Positions 49,101 to 62,634 are shown, numbered from the stretch's first letter. The stretch is DNA of 64,000 nt from Lama guanicoe (GCA_013239625.1 MU054391.1:9147095-9211094); one strand, 5' to 3'. The notes: a model not told the origin generated them from the sequence alone. Translations and numbers: made by a program.

Positions 49101-50866
49101 GTTCAGCCCAAGGTTTATCTACCTGGGACAGAACGTCCCAAGAAGAATGAGGTGTGTATATTTATTTCATCCCGGTGGAGAGACGTGAAAAGGGACCAGA
49201 CTGGGGATGCATTCGCCCACCTTAAACTGTTGCACATGAGCCCCTGTGTACTTGTTCTTGGCAGAGCAAGCAACTCAGGCTCTGGGACGTGTGCAGTCTT
49301 GTGCACAGTTGTGACTGCGGTGTGCTGAGTCCCACAGGAGGGACAAGGATGGATCTAGAGTAATTCTAACCCCTATAGTTGGACGTGGCGTTTTCCCAGG
49401 GCAAGACCGAAACTTACACTCTCGAGGAATAAGGGGACTGGATCTCTCTCCGAGATCTCCACCCATGATAGGAGTCCTGGTAGGTGAAGTAGCTTAGTCC
49501 ACTGGTAGCTGAAAACAATCTGTTTAGCATCTAATACTAAGAGTCTTACTCCCAATGTTGTAATTCCCTTTAGTTATCCCCAAACCATAGTTTAAAAGTC
49601 TTAAATAACCGAATGTTTGGCAGAGTTATGTAAAATCAAGGGCCCAGGCTGTAAAGGAAAGGCAGTCATCTACACGAATGATACCTGTGTGGTTGTAGCA
49701 AAAGCTACCGGAAAAAAAAAAAAAACAATGGCCCAGAGTTCCAGGTAACGAGCAGTAGAAAGTGAGCATAAGTCCAAAGTGAGAAGAGCAAGGAGGGGTG
49801 TCTATTTCTACAAAGCAGCAGCTGCCTCCTGGATAATTCCTGAGCAGATACTGGGGCAAACCCCTCTTTCCACAAATATTCTAGTGGAAGTTTTCTCTTG
49901 TTTACATTATTACCACTCGTTATGATTCTAACCATCATCAAACTATCCCATAAATATTTATGGAACTGAACAAGTGGGATAATTTATTCACTCTCCAAAT
50001 ATTGACTGAGTGCTGGCTCTCAGCGTACACAGCACTTTCCCCAAGATGCGTACATATATCTTCACAACTGCACACTCATGCAAACAGCCTCCCATAGTCA
50101 CCCATGCAGAAGCAGGTTTGTACACACTCAAGCATACACGCACATACCATCATCACCTAAGGTACACACGTACACACATGGGATACACAGAAGGATACAT
50201 GCTCTACATTCTCGGAAGCTCAGACATCAGCTGATGGTACAGTGCTGACGATCTAAGACCCCAGGCGTTAGCCCCAGCACTGGAAGAAGACCCTCCTAAT
50301 TTCCTTGGTACCAGCTCCTCCTACATCTCTCCTAGGGCTGCAGGAATCCCGGCAACTCGACAACCCCGGTTGCTCCCCTTGACCCATAGACCTGGGCTCT
50401 CAAGGGAGGTCCTGAGCCAGAACCTTTGACTATGAATAGTCAGAAACCATTTTTCAGATACCTGGGTCTTAGATAAAAGATCGCTAGGTTGGCCCCAGCC
50501 CCCGTGAGCTCTCCATTACTTCCTCTGCCTTCTGCTCTAATTCTAGTCCAATGACTGGCTTGGCAGTCTACTGGGCACCAACAGGGGTGCCTTTCTCAGA
50601 GGGCTGTTAAGGCACAGCAAGAACCAAAAGAAGATGAAATCCAAGAGGAAAGATGAAGATGAAGGCAGGTAACGACTCCTATGGAAGATACAAGTGGTAG
50701 ACCACGTGTCAAGGGACATGATGGAATGGAGACAGGATTAAAATACTGAACAAGTCAAATTTCAGATTCTAAGTTGGTAAATGTTGAGAAAACAATGGTG
50801 GCGGCAGGTGGGGGGGGTCCTTGCATTCAAAACCTGCTGTCTCGCCAAGGTGGGAGCAGCTCCTCG

Positions 50867-51195
50867 AAAACGCAAATGAGCAGACCCAGCTAAATAGAGT
50901 CAAAGGTATTTAAAAATGTACCTTAAAACACAAATTTAAAAGTAAACACTTTTTCTTCTTTCAAAATTGTAGAACAGATAAACAAGATTACACTGTATAG
51001 CACAGGGAAATATACACAAAATGTTATGATAAATCACAGAGAAAAAAATGTGACAATGAGTGTGTATATGTCCATGTATGACTGAAAAATTGTACTGAAC
51101 ACTGGAATTTAAAAACGCAAATGAGCAGACCCAGCTAAATAGAGTCAAAGGTATTTAAAAATGTACCTTAAAACACAAATTTAAAAGTAAACACT
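50867..51195 (+). mobile_element. L1 3' UTR fragment (about 50968-51110) between two exact 84-bp direct repeats
   Basis: agataaacaagattacactgtatagcacagggaaatata is L1 3' UTR-like; repeats at 50867-50950 and 51112-51195. Confidence 0.85.
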
Positions 51196-51404
51196 AAAAA
51201 GAAATTAAAATATACATGTGGAGTCAACAGGTTTCAAATTCTCCTACGTGCAGATATTGAAAACCGGACTGGGATCTGTCTGAAATACTCTGTTTTCCTT
51301 TGGGTGTGGAGTTCACACAGGCCCAGCACCTGTACATACCTGTGTACTGGGAGACCTTGGGAAATAGGAAACTAGAACAATCAACCAGAAATAACATGGA
51401 GGGG

Positions 51405-51570
51405 AGCAGGGAGGGGTATAGCTCAAGTGGTAGAGTACATGCTTAGCATGCATGAGGTCCTGGGTTCAATCCCCAGTACCTCCTCTAATAGTAAATAAGT
51501 AAGGAAACCTAATGACCTCCCCCCACCAAAAAATGAATGAGTGAATGAATAAATAAATAATTTTTTTAAA
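51405..51570 (+). mobile_element. Vic-1-type camelid SINE
   Basis: tRNA-Ala-like head gtatagctcaagtggtagag...ggttcaatcccc; A-rich tail; exact 16-bp TSD aaataacatggagggg (51389-51404, 51571-51586). Confidence 0.93.
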
Positions 51571-53429
51571 AAATAACATGGAGGGGGTTTCTAAAAGGGA
51601 AGAACAAATGGCAAAATTGAGGCTTTCGCTTGCCACATACAGAAATGAATATTACATTTCTGTGTCTTTTTTCTTTCTTTTTTTTTTTTTGGTATTTGTT
51701 CTGTTGGAGGGAGCAGCAACATTTTGCCTAAGATATTCTTATAAGTGCAGGCCAATGGCTTCTGGCTCAGTTTCCCTACTCTTGGGGAGTTTTCACAATG
51801 ACAAATTCATTCTTTACTTTTCTGATTCATCCTTCTTTTGGACAATGAAAATACTGGTGATTCTACTGTGGTTAGAAATACGAACAATGATAGTACAAAT
51901 ATGATGCTGATAAAAGAAATTGTTTTATTCTCTTTAAAATGGTTGATATTCATTATTATATGATTAGCAAGTAAAATCCTTATCTGTATGTAATATTTTT
52001 AAGAAATAAAAATGAGCATTTTTATATTAGGTATCAGTGCAGCTTAGTTTAAGATTTTTAATTTAATCTCTTTAGAACCCTTTTAAAGTCCTTACCACCC
52101 ATCACCAGAGACAGTTGTGTCCCAGTAATTTTATTGTCAACATAACTATATAATGACTGTCTGCTGACTTCAGAAAATGTTAATGGTGTGTGATAATTTA
52201 CAAATATTCATATTAAAAGGAACACACACCAGGATTCATTCCCTACTCTTTAATTCAAAATACTTTACGAAGTGTGGTGTCATAGAGGCCAAGGGAAAAA
52301 TAATATTCCACAGTCTGCAGAACTGAGTACCATGGGGAGTTCAAGTGGGATAATTCCTGACAGACTCTCTAGGACCTGAAAAATAGGAGGTCATTCATTT
52401 TCCTTCTGTGAGAAGAAATGAAAGGATATGAAAAGACCAGGATCTAGGTTCCAGAAGGTTGAGGAATGGGAGGCAGGGAAGTTGAAGAATCTCATTGTAC
52501 ACAGGCATCCTGGTCCTCCAAGCCTTCATCTCAACACAGGCACTCATGTTCTCCGTGTAGGGACAGAGAAGATGGAGCCAAAAAGAGCAATAAAAAGCTT
52601 CCACCTGGGAAAGACACCTCTGCCCCTCCCACATGAGAATAAACACGTCCTGCCCTGGGGGTTTTGTGCCTGCATTAGGGCAGTTACCCAACTCAGCCTT
52701 CCAGGTATGCATGTGTCTTCCCATGAGTATCTGCCTCTAGATTCTCTCTCCTTGAAGGTGAGAAGACTGCTGACTTTTGACTTTTCATTATTCCACTGCC
52801 TAGAGAGATGCCGGTCCTACAGCAAATGTTTAGGTTTATTTCAATTCAAAGTTCTCTTTTTTTCCCCTCTTGATGTCATCTCACATAGATTAGGGGCCCA
52901 GCTACAGAATGGACAGATGGCATCACATGTGATCATCAGACGTCACAGAATTTGGAATTGCAGAGAGAAGTGCCTTCACCTGATGGATGGACTGCATCAA
53001 GGCCTTCTAGTGCAATCATCAAAGACTCCTGGGAGTTTGGAGTAGGGTAGGGAGCGAGGGATGGATTTGAAGATGAGGATGGGACACACCAGGTAAGCAA
53101 CTGTCACAATTTTACTCATCCTTCAGTTTCAAACCTTGTTTTAGGTTTACTACGAAGGTCTAAGCATATGGGGCTGAGAGCAAGAACTACCATCATCACC
53201 ATCTGATACGGTGGAGCATTCACCCCAGCAAAGCATCTGCCTTCCGCCGTGGGAAACACAAGCATAAATGGCTAGGATCGGGAATAAGGAGGGAGAGACA
53301 TGTGTCACTTCAGGACAAAGACCCATATTCAAGGCTTTTCTGATTCACCTAAGTCCCTCAAAGTCGGGCACCTGGCAATTCAGCACCCATCACTGACAGC
53401 AAACTTGTGCAGGAACTAAAACATCTCAA

Positions 53430-53615
53430 GGGAAACAGACAGGATTTCAGACAATCCTGTGGTTGATTTCCAGCTGCATTTTCCAGTTGTGTAAACATGG
53501 GAAAGTTATTTCCACTCTGTTGATTTCCATTCTTTGTCATCTGGAGATTAAGAGATTTAAATAAAATGATGTACATTAAGGCTTCGGAGCATGGCACGTG
53601 CTAAGTGATTATTAT
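53430..53615 (+). mobile_element. MIR SINE
   Basis: ccagttgtgtaaacatgggaaagttatt...gatttaaataaaatgatgta. Confidence 0.55.
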
Positions 53616-54869
53616 TCTCTTACTTCCCATCTCTGCTCTAAGGTCCTCAAGTTCATCCTGAGCATCTAACCACCCTCTCCTGCTCCAAACGGTTACTCCG
53701 GGAAACTCTCATTCTCTAAGCAACCCCATTCCTTCCTCCAAGGATGCCTGCCTTGCATCCACTCAGATGCCTCCCCTTTACACTAATTCCCTTCCACGCC
53801 ATGAAGCCAAAGCTGAAAGGACATGATACAACAGAAGCTGAAGGCTGAGCCAGCAAATCTCAGACGCTGTCTCCTGGATGAAAAAGCTAGAACAAAAATG
53901 TCTATTAGAAAACCCTGTATTTTTCAAAACCCAGAGATCTCACCTCCTGAAGCCAGCTGAAAACGCTGATGAAAAATCAATAGCAGTTGACTGCAAATCT
54001 GTCAGAATGATAGTGGCGGTAGTACATTAATGGTGACTCCTGGGTATTGATTCACCCCCCTTTCCTTTCCCCATCATCGCACATCATCTTCATACTAATA
54101 ACAGACTCTTTTTTCTAAATTAATCTCCAGACAAGAGGAATCAATAGTATTAACCGTGTGTAAATTTCCTGTCCTCTAGAGTCAACAGCTCCCATTGCGT
54201 CAAACCATCTACAGCAGCACCGTGTACATGCAGCACATGCTACAAGAGGGGATTCCTGAATACCTGGATGTGTGCTGATTCTCCCTGGAGCCAGGGCTGT
54301 ACCAGCACAACAAACAGTAGCAAAGAAGGAAATTCCACGGTCTCCCGCCTTTTATGTTTAAATGATGGAAAAACAATTTTCCTGTAAAAAGAGATTCTGG
54401 AGAGGCAAAAGATGTTAGTGAACTTCAAAGTCTAGTGTCATTTCTGGGTAGAAAAATTAGACATAGGTGAGCTTTTCTCCCCCCTCAAAAGCCACAGAAT
54501 TATGCCAAATATCAGATCTGGAAGGGACACGACGGAATATCTGGTTCTCTGAAATCCATCTTTGGATGTGACTGAAAATAAAGAATCACTTTATCCCAAA
54601 GGTTGCATCTCTTTTTAAACAAAATACTAAATTATTTTTTTTATTTTAAAGGACACTGAAGAAAAATGTGCAATTTTATAAAAGACAGTTTTAAAGCATT
54701 TGGAAAACACAGGGCTAGATTAACTCCCTCAACCTAACAGTAGGGAAGCTTAGCTTAGCCAAAAGGAAGTTCTGAAGTTCACGCTGATGGTAAATGATAA
54801 TTATTTTATGAAAATACCAGTGATGGTTATATGCGGTTATGATAATACCAGGAATAATTGGAATAACAG

Positions 54870-55090
54870 CTATCAGTTATTGAGCAGTTACTTCTATGGC
54901 CAGGCTGGCGAGGCGCTTTACATAAGTATTTCTAATCCTTAGAGCAATTTGACATGGTAGCCACTATTATAACCATCTTGAAGTTGAGAAAACAAGGCTC
55001 AGAAATGTTAAATAACGTATCCAAAATCACACAGCAAATGATCACAGGAGCTGGGATTTGAAGCCTCGGCTGTTTAGCCTCAAGTCTCCT
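54870..55090 (-). mobile_element. MIR SINE
   Basis: ttattgagc...gagaaaacaaggctcagaaatgttaaataac...ggagctgggatttgaagc. Confidence 0.8.
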
Positions 55091-55930
55091 TTTGTCTTTT
55101 AAGAGCTATGCTGACTCTGCAGTTACTCGTAGCAACCATGAGTCATGCTGCGCTCAGGACCAAGGGTTACCTAAAGATGCTTTTACTAGGAAATAAGCAC
55201 TGGAATAGGGAGAAGCAGCAGGAAAGACGGAGGAGTTTTAAACAGGAAGAAAGGAGGGGAGAATATTTCAAATAGAAGTGGGTAATTCAAACAGCAGAAA
55301 CGGGAACAATGAAACATGGCGGGAGATGGTAAGGAAGTTCTGGAACAACAGGTTCATATAACAGAATGGGGGAAAATGACATGGAAGACGAGGGTGAGAC
55401 TGCATTGGGAAGGAAGCCAACTGCTCAGCTAAGAATTTACGCTGTAAGGAAAGAGTGTGGAACATGGGAGGCAAGTTGAGAGAAGAGGCAGGGCAGTTCC
55501 CCAAAAGGTTACTTCAGTGGCCTCCATGTCACCCTAGAAGGGCTAGCACTCCAGGGGCCAACAAAGGACAGAAGGGAAGGACATTGTGGAGTAAAACTTG
55601 GACAAAACAGTAGAGACAGGAGGACAAAGGAAAGGCAACAGCTTAGACATTTCATACTGATGCTCATGGAATGAAGACGACTGTAGAAACATTAGCAAAT
55701 AGTAATAATATGAGGTATATAAGACCCCACACACACACTTTGTATAGTGGTTTTCCATTAACTAGGTTCTTTCATATACATCTCTTGGAATGTTTCTGAA
55801 AGATTCACTGATTAGGTATTACTCCCATCATTCTAAAATGAGCACTCAAGAGCCCAAGGAGTTTACGTGACTTGCCCAAGGCTCTTTGATCCTGGGATCT
55901 GACATCTCTGGGAGAGCTCAAGAAATCAAT

Positions 55931-56234
55931 TTTAGGGCAACGAAATTACTCTGTATGGTATTATAGTGGTGGCTATATGTCATTGTGCATTTGTCAAAGC
56001 CCATAGAACGCACAACATCAAGAGTGATCCCTAATGTAAACTGTGGGATTTGGTTGATAATAGTGTCTCCATGTTGGTTCATCATTATACTAAATACGCC
56101 TCACTGATGAGGGATGTTGAGGGTAGAGAGTAGATATGTGTGGGTGGGGAGGGCTATGTGGGAACTCTGTATTTTCTGCTCAATTCTGCTGTAAACCTGA
56201 CACTGCTCTAAAAAAATCAAGTCTATTATAAAAA
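55931..56234 (+). mobile_element. L1MC-like 3' end
   Basis: catttgtcaaagcccatagaac, tatgtgggaactctgtattttctgctcaatt, A tail; 11-bp TSD aagaaatcaat (55920-55930, 56235-56245). Confidence 0.88.
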
Positions 56235-56394
56235 AAGAAATCAATGTGGTGAAGTGTCAAGTGTCAGGGAACAGCAGAACGCCAACATCCAGGGACTGAA
56301 GATGGGACAAGAGGTACTGAGCTCATCTTCTGCCCAGAGGACCGGACGTTCTTCTAGGACCACACCGCTTGTCTGGAGAAATAATGTTTTGGTC

Positions 56395-57012
56395 CATGGC
56401 ATCACGTCTCCTTCCTCTAGACTCACACAGTAACCTCCTGACAGGTCTTCCTGCTTCAGCCTGTGGTCCCTGCTTAGTGTAGTGGTCGAAACCAGCCTGC
56501 TGCAATATGTAAGCTCGCATCAGTCCTCTGCTCCAAATCTCTACCACTTCCCCTCTTAGTCGAGTCCAGGGTCCAAGGTCAACATGTGATCTGCCCTGTG
56601 ATCCCTCCACCTCATCTCCTTGGCTCTACAGTGCCCACTCCACACTCCCACTGGCCTCCTTGCTGTGACTCAAACCCACCAGGTTGGCCCTACCTCAGAG
56701 GCCGCTGTTCCCTCTGCCAGAGCAGTTTCCCTGAGCCATCACAAGACTCATCCCTCACTCTCCTGAGTTCCCACCTTCTCTGCCTGCCCCTGGCCGCCCT
56801 TATCAGCTTCATTCTCTCTGCAGAATTTACCTCCATTGTACATACTATACCTCATATTTATTTGCCTGTTATCTAACATGAAATTCTAGAATATTCCCTG
56901 AATGAAAGCAGAGTTTTGTCTTCTTTGTTCACCACCATATCCCCAGTGCCTAGGGGTTTTTTATTTCTGTTTTCGCATGTAACAGGAACTCAGAAAATAT
57001 TTGTTGAATGGC
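56395..57012 (+). mobile_element. L2 3' region
   Basis: cagtaacctcctgacaggtcttcctgcttc...ccccagtgcctag...aaatatttgttgaatg. Confidence 0.8.
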
Positions 57013-57759
57013 CAGATGGGTTCATGGGTTCTCGTGGGTTCTACAGCACTGTGAAGTTTGTTTTAATATCCAATGCATACACCTCCTCTTTTACCTGACA
57101 TGTGTCATCTGGGGTGAGGCAGAGCTGAAAGAGGAGACACTCAACAATTTCTTCACACTCAGACTTTAGTCACCTACCAGCTGTGTTAACTGAAGCATTT
57201 AACCTCCCCAAATCTCAGAGACTCCATCACTAAAATGAGGAAAATAGCAGCTTCCCCCTGGGCTTAAGAACTGAATGGTTTATTGCTTAGATGTTATAAG
57301 ACCAATGATATTTTAAATGAATGTCACCTACAAGGCTTGTACTTCAAATTAAACAAACACATAAAATGTATTTTAAGTCCAAACTCTCAGTTGTGTGATT
57401 GCCATACATGCAGCAGAACTTGGCCTTGAACTCAGTTTGGGAATTGATAGACTGCATTCTTGAAGGAAATGAAATTCTGTGAGTGGGGATCTTGCCCAAC
57501 CTCTTCTAAAGTTGATTTGAAAAGTAAACATTTCCGGATGACACTGTCACAAGCAAACGTAAGCATAAAAGTTCTATTTAAAATGTCAGATATGAAGATT
57601 TGGTCATTTGCTCTCCTGAACTATCAAATTAGCTATGCTTTTTGGAAGAATGGCTCTTTGCACCTTCATCAGAAAGCGTGTTTCCATCAGACATTTACTA
57701 GAGGATAAACTGCTCAGTTTCAGGCTCCTGGATATCTTCAAAAGACAAGCTAAGGCTTT

Positions 57760-57894
57760 CTGGTTTGGGGAGATGGATGGTAATTAGGTTTATTTAATTT
57801 ATTTATTTATTTTAACAGAGGTACTGGGGATTGAACCCAGGACCTTGTGCATGCTAAGCACACGCTCTACCGCTGAGCTAGCTCAACCCTCCCC
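57760..57894 (-). mobile_element. Vic-1-type camelid SINE
   Basis: gaggtactggggattgaacccaggacc...gctaagca...ctctaccgctgagcta; TSD core caagctaag at 57746-57754 and 57895-57903. Confidence 0.9.
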
Positions 57895-58127
57895 CAAGCT
57901 AAGATTTTTCTTTTTCCCCCAAGATAACTCAGGGAAGCTCCTTTGGGCTGAAGATAATTGGAATCAAATCACTCCTCGTGTTGCATTGTGATTAAGTGAT
58001 TATGCATTTTAGGTGTCTGCTTCCTCCAATGGTATATGATTTCCTTAAGAATAGGACTTGAATTTTCCATCTTTGTCAAATTTGTCCCTAATTGTGATAG
58101 ACTTATTACAGGTTCTCAAGAAATGTT

Positions 58128-58305
58128 TGAGGAAGGAAAGGAGAGGAAGAGGGAAAGGAGAAAGGGAGAAGAGGAAGGGATGGAAGGATGGAGGAAGGGG
58201 TGGAAGGATGGAGGAAGAGATGGAAGGATGGAGGAAGGAAAGGCGGAGGGAGGTAGAGGGGTGGGAGGGAAGAAAGGAAGAAGGAAGGGAAGCTGGAGAG
58301 AGAGG
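58128..58305. repeat. Purine-rich low-complexity (GGAA/GGAT) tract
   Basis: About 175 bp almost entirely A/G on the plus strand. Confidence 0.9.
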
Positions 58306-60204
58306 ATTCTGCTTCAAAATTTAAACTTCGCCATCTTGGGAAGAAAAATGTCCTAAGCTATTTTTCATACTTAGTAACTGACACAGGCATTTTGGAAAAT
58401 CTGCAACTGACAAAATGAAAAATATTCTCCACCAGGTCCCCCTCTGCCGAGATTGAAATGATGTTGCCAAAAGGAGACAGAGTTTGAACTAGGAGGCTTC
58501 CTTGGTATTCTGTGAGATTTCCTTCCCTCTTCTGAACAAATATCAATAACACGGAAGCATCTGTCCCTGTAGTGTCTTTACAATTTAGCCCTTGTGAAAA
58601 TGAGACTTTCCAGCTCATTAATTTGCTTACGCAAACAGAGCCCAGAACCAGTTAATCCTGAAAAGCGACTAGTCTTTTCTCATCTTGGAGTGACTGCTTC
58701 ATGCCTGGACTTTCAGCCTAAACTAGACAGAGACTCCTCATTGTCCACCTGGACTGCTCAAGAGAACCTGCAAGGAAAAAATAAAATCTAGAACAGCGTG
58801 GCAGGTCCTGGCCATTTCCTGCAAGTGGCAGAGGACATCATTATTCAATCAGAAGGCAAGGCTGCAGCAGGCGGGTCCACATGGTTATCAGTCCACACAG
58901 GATAACAGTGAAATGCTTTAGGTGACATTCCTGAGGGCCATAATCAGATTGGGGTCCCTTACAGTACATCCATAAGACCTTTCTGACAGCATTTTATAAA
59001 GCACAGTCTTTGTGCCTTATATGTGTCTAATGGCTATTGTGACAATAAAAAATCTGCCATTTTAAATATGTTTAACACCCTGTCCTTCAAAACTCAGAGA
59101 TGCAAAAAACAGAGGTAGTGTTGGCAATATAATAGCAAGCTTGCAGTTCTCACACTGAACGCCCATTACCTCTCCACTTCCTGCAGCATGACATCCGGGG
59201 GCCCAGCCCCCTGAGTATGAGATTCATGACCCTAGTCATTTCACCCCAAAGCCAGCATGTCCCCTCCTCCTTCACCTCCTCAAGCTCATGAGGGATCCAC
59301 ACCGGCGGTGTGTGCTGCCCCCGATGCCCGCCGTCCACTTTGCACAATTCCTGCCTTTGACTGGAGTGTCTTTGTCCATCACCACGGTCATCCCCCATTG
59401 GTATCTTTCAAACTCAGGACAAAAGTCTTCTCTGGTCCTGGGATAATAAATAAAATTAACTCTCCACCTCATGTTCTCCCACGGCACTCTGCATTTCTTC
59501 CCCAGCACATGCTCTGCTTCCTGAACTAAGCATTCATTAATTAGAACTTGGTCTTAAAACTGAGTTTTCCACATTCAGTCTGATCATTAGACAGCAAACT
59601 GACTCAATAAACTCAGCCACCTGGTTGTGAACAACCTTACTGTAAAAGGTGACTCTGTCTGACTTTAGCCCAGTCAGATTATTGATGACTCAGAACTAGA
59701 TCCTCCAACTTCCAAAATCCTGATTTAACAGGGATATTTAAGGCATATCTTGATAGAAATCTTCATCATGAGAAATCTTCATTTCCGAAGACTATTGGGT
59801 CAATTATCTTGCGGCCATTTGTTACTTACAGCCATTACGGGCAGGCTTGGCCATCTCACAGTGAACAGATGAAAATAAAGTCACCCTGAAGGTAATTTTC
59901 CAAGAGAGGAGAGACCCCCCCCTCCCCCAGCCTCCATGCCTTGTGCATGTCTCTGTTTTGATCCTTTTGTTTGGGGGGGGGGCTTATCCCCTTTAGAAGG
60001 CAAACTCCAAGAGGGCAAAGGGGAATTTTTATTCATCGTTGTATCTCCAGTGCCGGTGTATACAGCCAGTGTTTAGCAAATGCTCATATAAAAAAAAAAA
60101 GAGTGAAACTAGACATCAGACGGAACAGGGGACGTATAATTGGTTTGCCACAGTGGAGCAGGAAAATCTCTGGGCTAAAGTTGGGTGGTCCCTAGAGGGG
60201 CTGG

Positions 60205-60400
60205 AGTTGTATTTATTGAGCTCTTACTGTCTTCCAGGCACTGAACGTGGATTATCTTGCTGAGTCCTAACAACCCCACGGGGATGGGGGATAAAATTAG
60301 ACGAGGTAATGGACTTGTCTAAGATCACGCAGCCAGGAAGTGGCCAAGCCAGGAGTTAAGCCCAGGGCATCTGTGAATCAAGAACACGCACTGCCACCAC
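60205..60400 (-). mobile_element. MIR SINE
   Basis: tttattgagctcttactgtcttccaggcactg...gacttgtctaagatcacgcagc. Confidence 0.75.
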
Positions 60401-61149
60401 TTCACACTGCCCACTGATGCTCACTTCGTTGTGGTCACAGACAACCCATTATTTTAAATAAGCCTCATTTTCCACCCTGGTAACGTAAGAGGTTTTGGAC
60501 CAGCTGTTCTCTAATGCCTCATTCAGTTCTGATATTCTATGATTCCATCAATCAAAATTAAGGAACACTTGCTTTCTGAGCCATCCTCTCTGACAGGGAA
60601 TAAAATAATTACTCACTGATGGATTCCTCTTATACCAGCCAACTAGCCTGTTTTGCAATGTAAAATCTTGAGATTTCTTGCTGAAATCCTTTAGATTTCC
60701 TTCACAAAAGCCAAGAAGGGGAGGCATGATTTTTCTTTCTTGCCTCTCAAAAGAAATCTGTGTGATAGAAACAAAAGAATCTCAACAGAATGCAATGCTA
60801 GATCCAAGCCACTCTCCTACCCGTCTGAAAGTAGACCCTTACTTTCCAAAGGAAAATTCCTGTATCTAAAACAGTCTTTTTAGGGGCTTATCCTTGATGT
60901 ACAGTTGTATAGACACACCCATGAGAGTGGAAAATAAAACCATCTCTGGTGCCCTTGATGAGTGAGCAAGTAATTAAAGGAGTAATTCAAGTGACAGAAC
61001 AACTGAGCATCTACTATATGCAAAGCATGGCTCTGTGTTGTGAGATGGAGACAAGGAGATGAGAAAATAAAATTTGTATGAGTAGGGCTGGTGGAAAGAA
61101 CTGGAAACACACGGCCCAGTCCCAGGAAGCAGCCTAGTCCAGGGAACTT

Positions 61150-62632
61150 TTTTGTTCTCTTGGGCTGGAAACTCTCCTCTCCTTCCCAGAGACACTAGGG
61201 AAACCTGAGGGAAGGAGGGTTGGGGCAGGTGGGATCTTACCACATCCCTCCTCTGTGGAGTGACACCTGCTGGCCTGACGGGGAAATCAATTTCTCCGCC
61301 TCAGGCAGAACCAGCAGGGACCAGGGGAGCCCCACTGTTACCTAGTGACCTAAGCAGATGAAAAAAACACTGTACAGATTCTGAAAATAAAACTGCCACT
61401 GGGACCACAGCCTAAAAGTAGGAGGAAACTCACATGCCAAACCTAGTCAGAGTGACCACCTACAAAAATAAAAAAATTAAATAAGATCTCAAGTCTCCAA
61501 ACGTGATAAATAGAATGTCCAGAATACAATACAAAGTCATCCATCACGCCAGGAACCAACAGAAATCACAATCTGAATGAGAAAAGACCACACCAAGACC
61601 AAGACCAAGACCAAGATGTATCAGATGTTGAGTTATCTGACAAAGATTTCAAAGCAGTACTATGGACTGAACTGGGTCTCCCTGGAATTCAGACGTGGAA
61701 GCCCTAACTTTCCATCTGATCGTATTTGGAGATGGGGCCTTTAAAGAAGTAACTGATATTAGATGAGATCATAAGGGTAGGAGCTTGGTCCCATAATAGT
61801 ATTGTCCTTATTAAAAAAGACACCAGCAAGCCACACATGTGCCATGTGAAGAGACAGCAAGAAGGCAGCCATCTACAAGACAGAAAGAGGGTTGTCTCCA
61901 GAAACTGAATCATCCAGCACCTTGATCTTGGGCTTCCCGGCCTCCGGAAGTGTAAGGAAGTTAATTTCTGTAGTCTTACCTACCCTGTCTGTAGTATTTT
62001 GCTCTGGCAGCCAGAGCAGACTAAGACAGGCAATCATCATTAAAACAACCGATTACAAATTGTTTTGAAGCAAATTAAAACGTGGGAAATGTCAGCAAAG
62101 AAATTACAAAAATAATCATATGAAAATTATAAACTGAAAATACAAAACTGTAAAAAAATCTTAACTGAATGGGTTCAATAGTAGAATGAAGATGACAGAG
62201 TTGATGGCTTCAATACACTTGAGGGTGAAATAATAGAGTTCACCCAACCTGAACAACAGAGAGGAAGGAAACTGAAATAAATAGGAGTCTTCAGGACCAG
62301 AGCAGTGATAAGAGCCAAGATTTGTCTCATCAGAGTCCCAGAAGGACTGAGAAAGAGGGTAGAGCAGAAAGAGTATTAGAAGAAGCAATGGTTGAAAACT
62401 TCTCAACTTTGGTAAACACACAGCCCTACACATTCAAGAAGCCGAACAAACACCAAAGTGGATAAAGTCAAAGGAGTCACATCAAGTCACATCATAATTA
62501 AACTTTGCAAAACTAAAGACAAAAGCAAAGTCTTGAAAGCGGGTAAATGATATATTACTGATACAGGAATACCAGTTTAAGTGACAGTGGATTTCTCTCT
62601 CATCTGCACACAGAGCCGGAAGGAAGTGGCAC
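61150..62632 (+). mobile_element. Ancient L1M 5'/ORF1 region (decayed), interrupted by MLT1A
   Basis: cagatgttgagttatctgacaaagatttcaaagcag; atgggttcaatagtagaatg; gagtcccagaagga; cacatcataattaaact; 5' boundary approximate. Confidence 0.75.
61658..62028 (+). mobile_element. MaLR solo LTR (MLT1A-like) inserted into L1
   Basis: tactatggactgaa...gtatttggagatggggcctttaa...gcagccagagcagactaagaca; degenerate 5-bp TSD. Confidence 0.88.
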
Positions 62633-62634
62633 AA

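Noticed and set aside
51405..51483. tRNA-Ala gene (also at 20390-20461 and 57818-57894)
   Set aside because: The tRNA-like head is followed by a shared SINE tail and flanked by TSDs, so these are SINEs
52428..53045. 205-aa ORF, the longest in the track
   Set aside because: No recognisable family or domain; compatible with a chance ORF, though a BLASTP or PhyloCSF run was not possible
58036..58356. Charged E/K/R/G-rich ORFs
   Set aside because: Translation artefacts of the polypurine tract
59560..59720. Possible ancient SINE with a small hairpin and two AP-1 sites
   Set aside because: I could not assign a family; short motifs alone are insufficient
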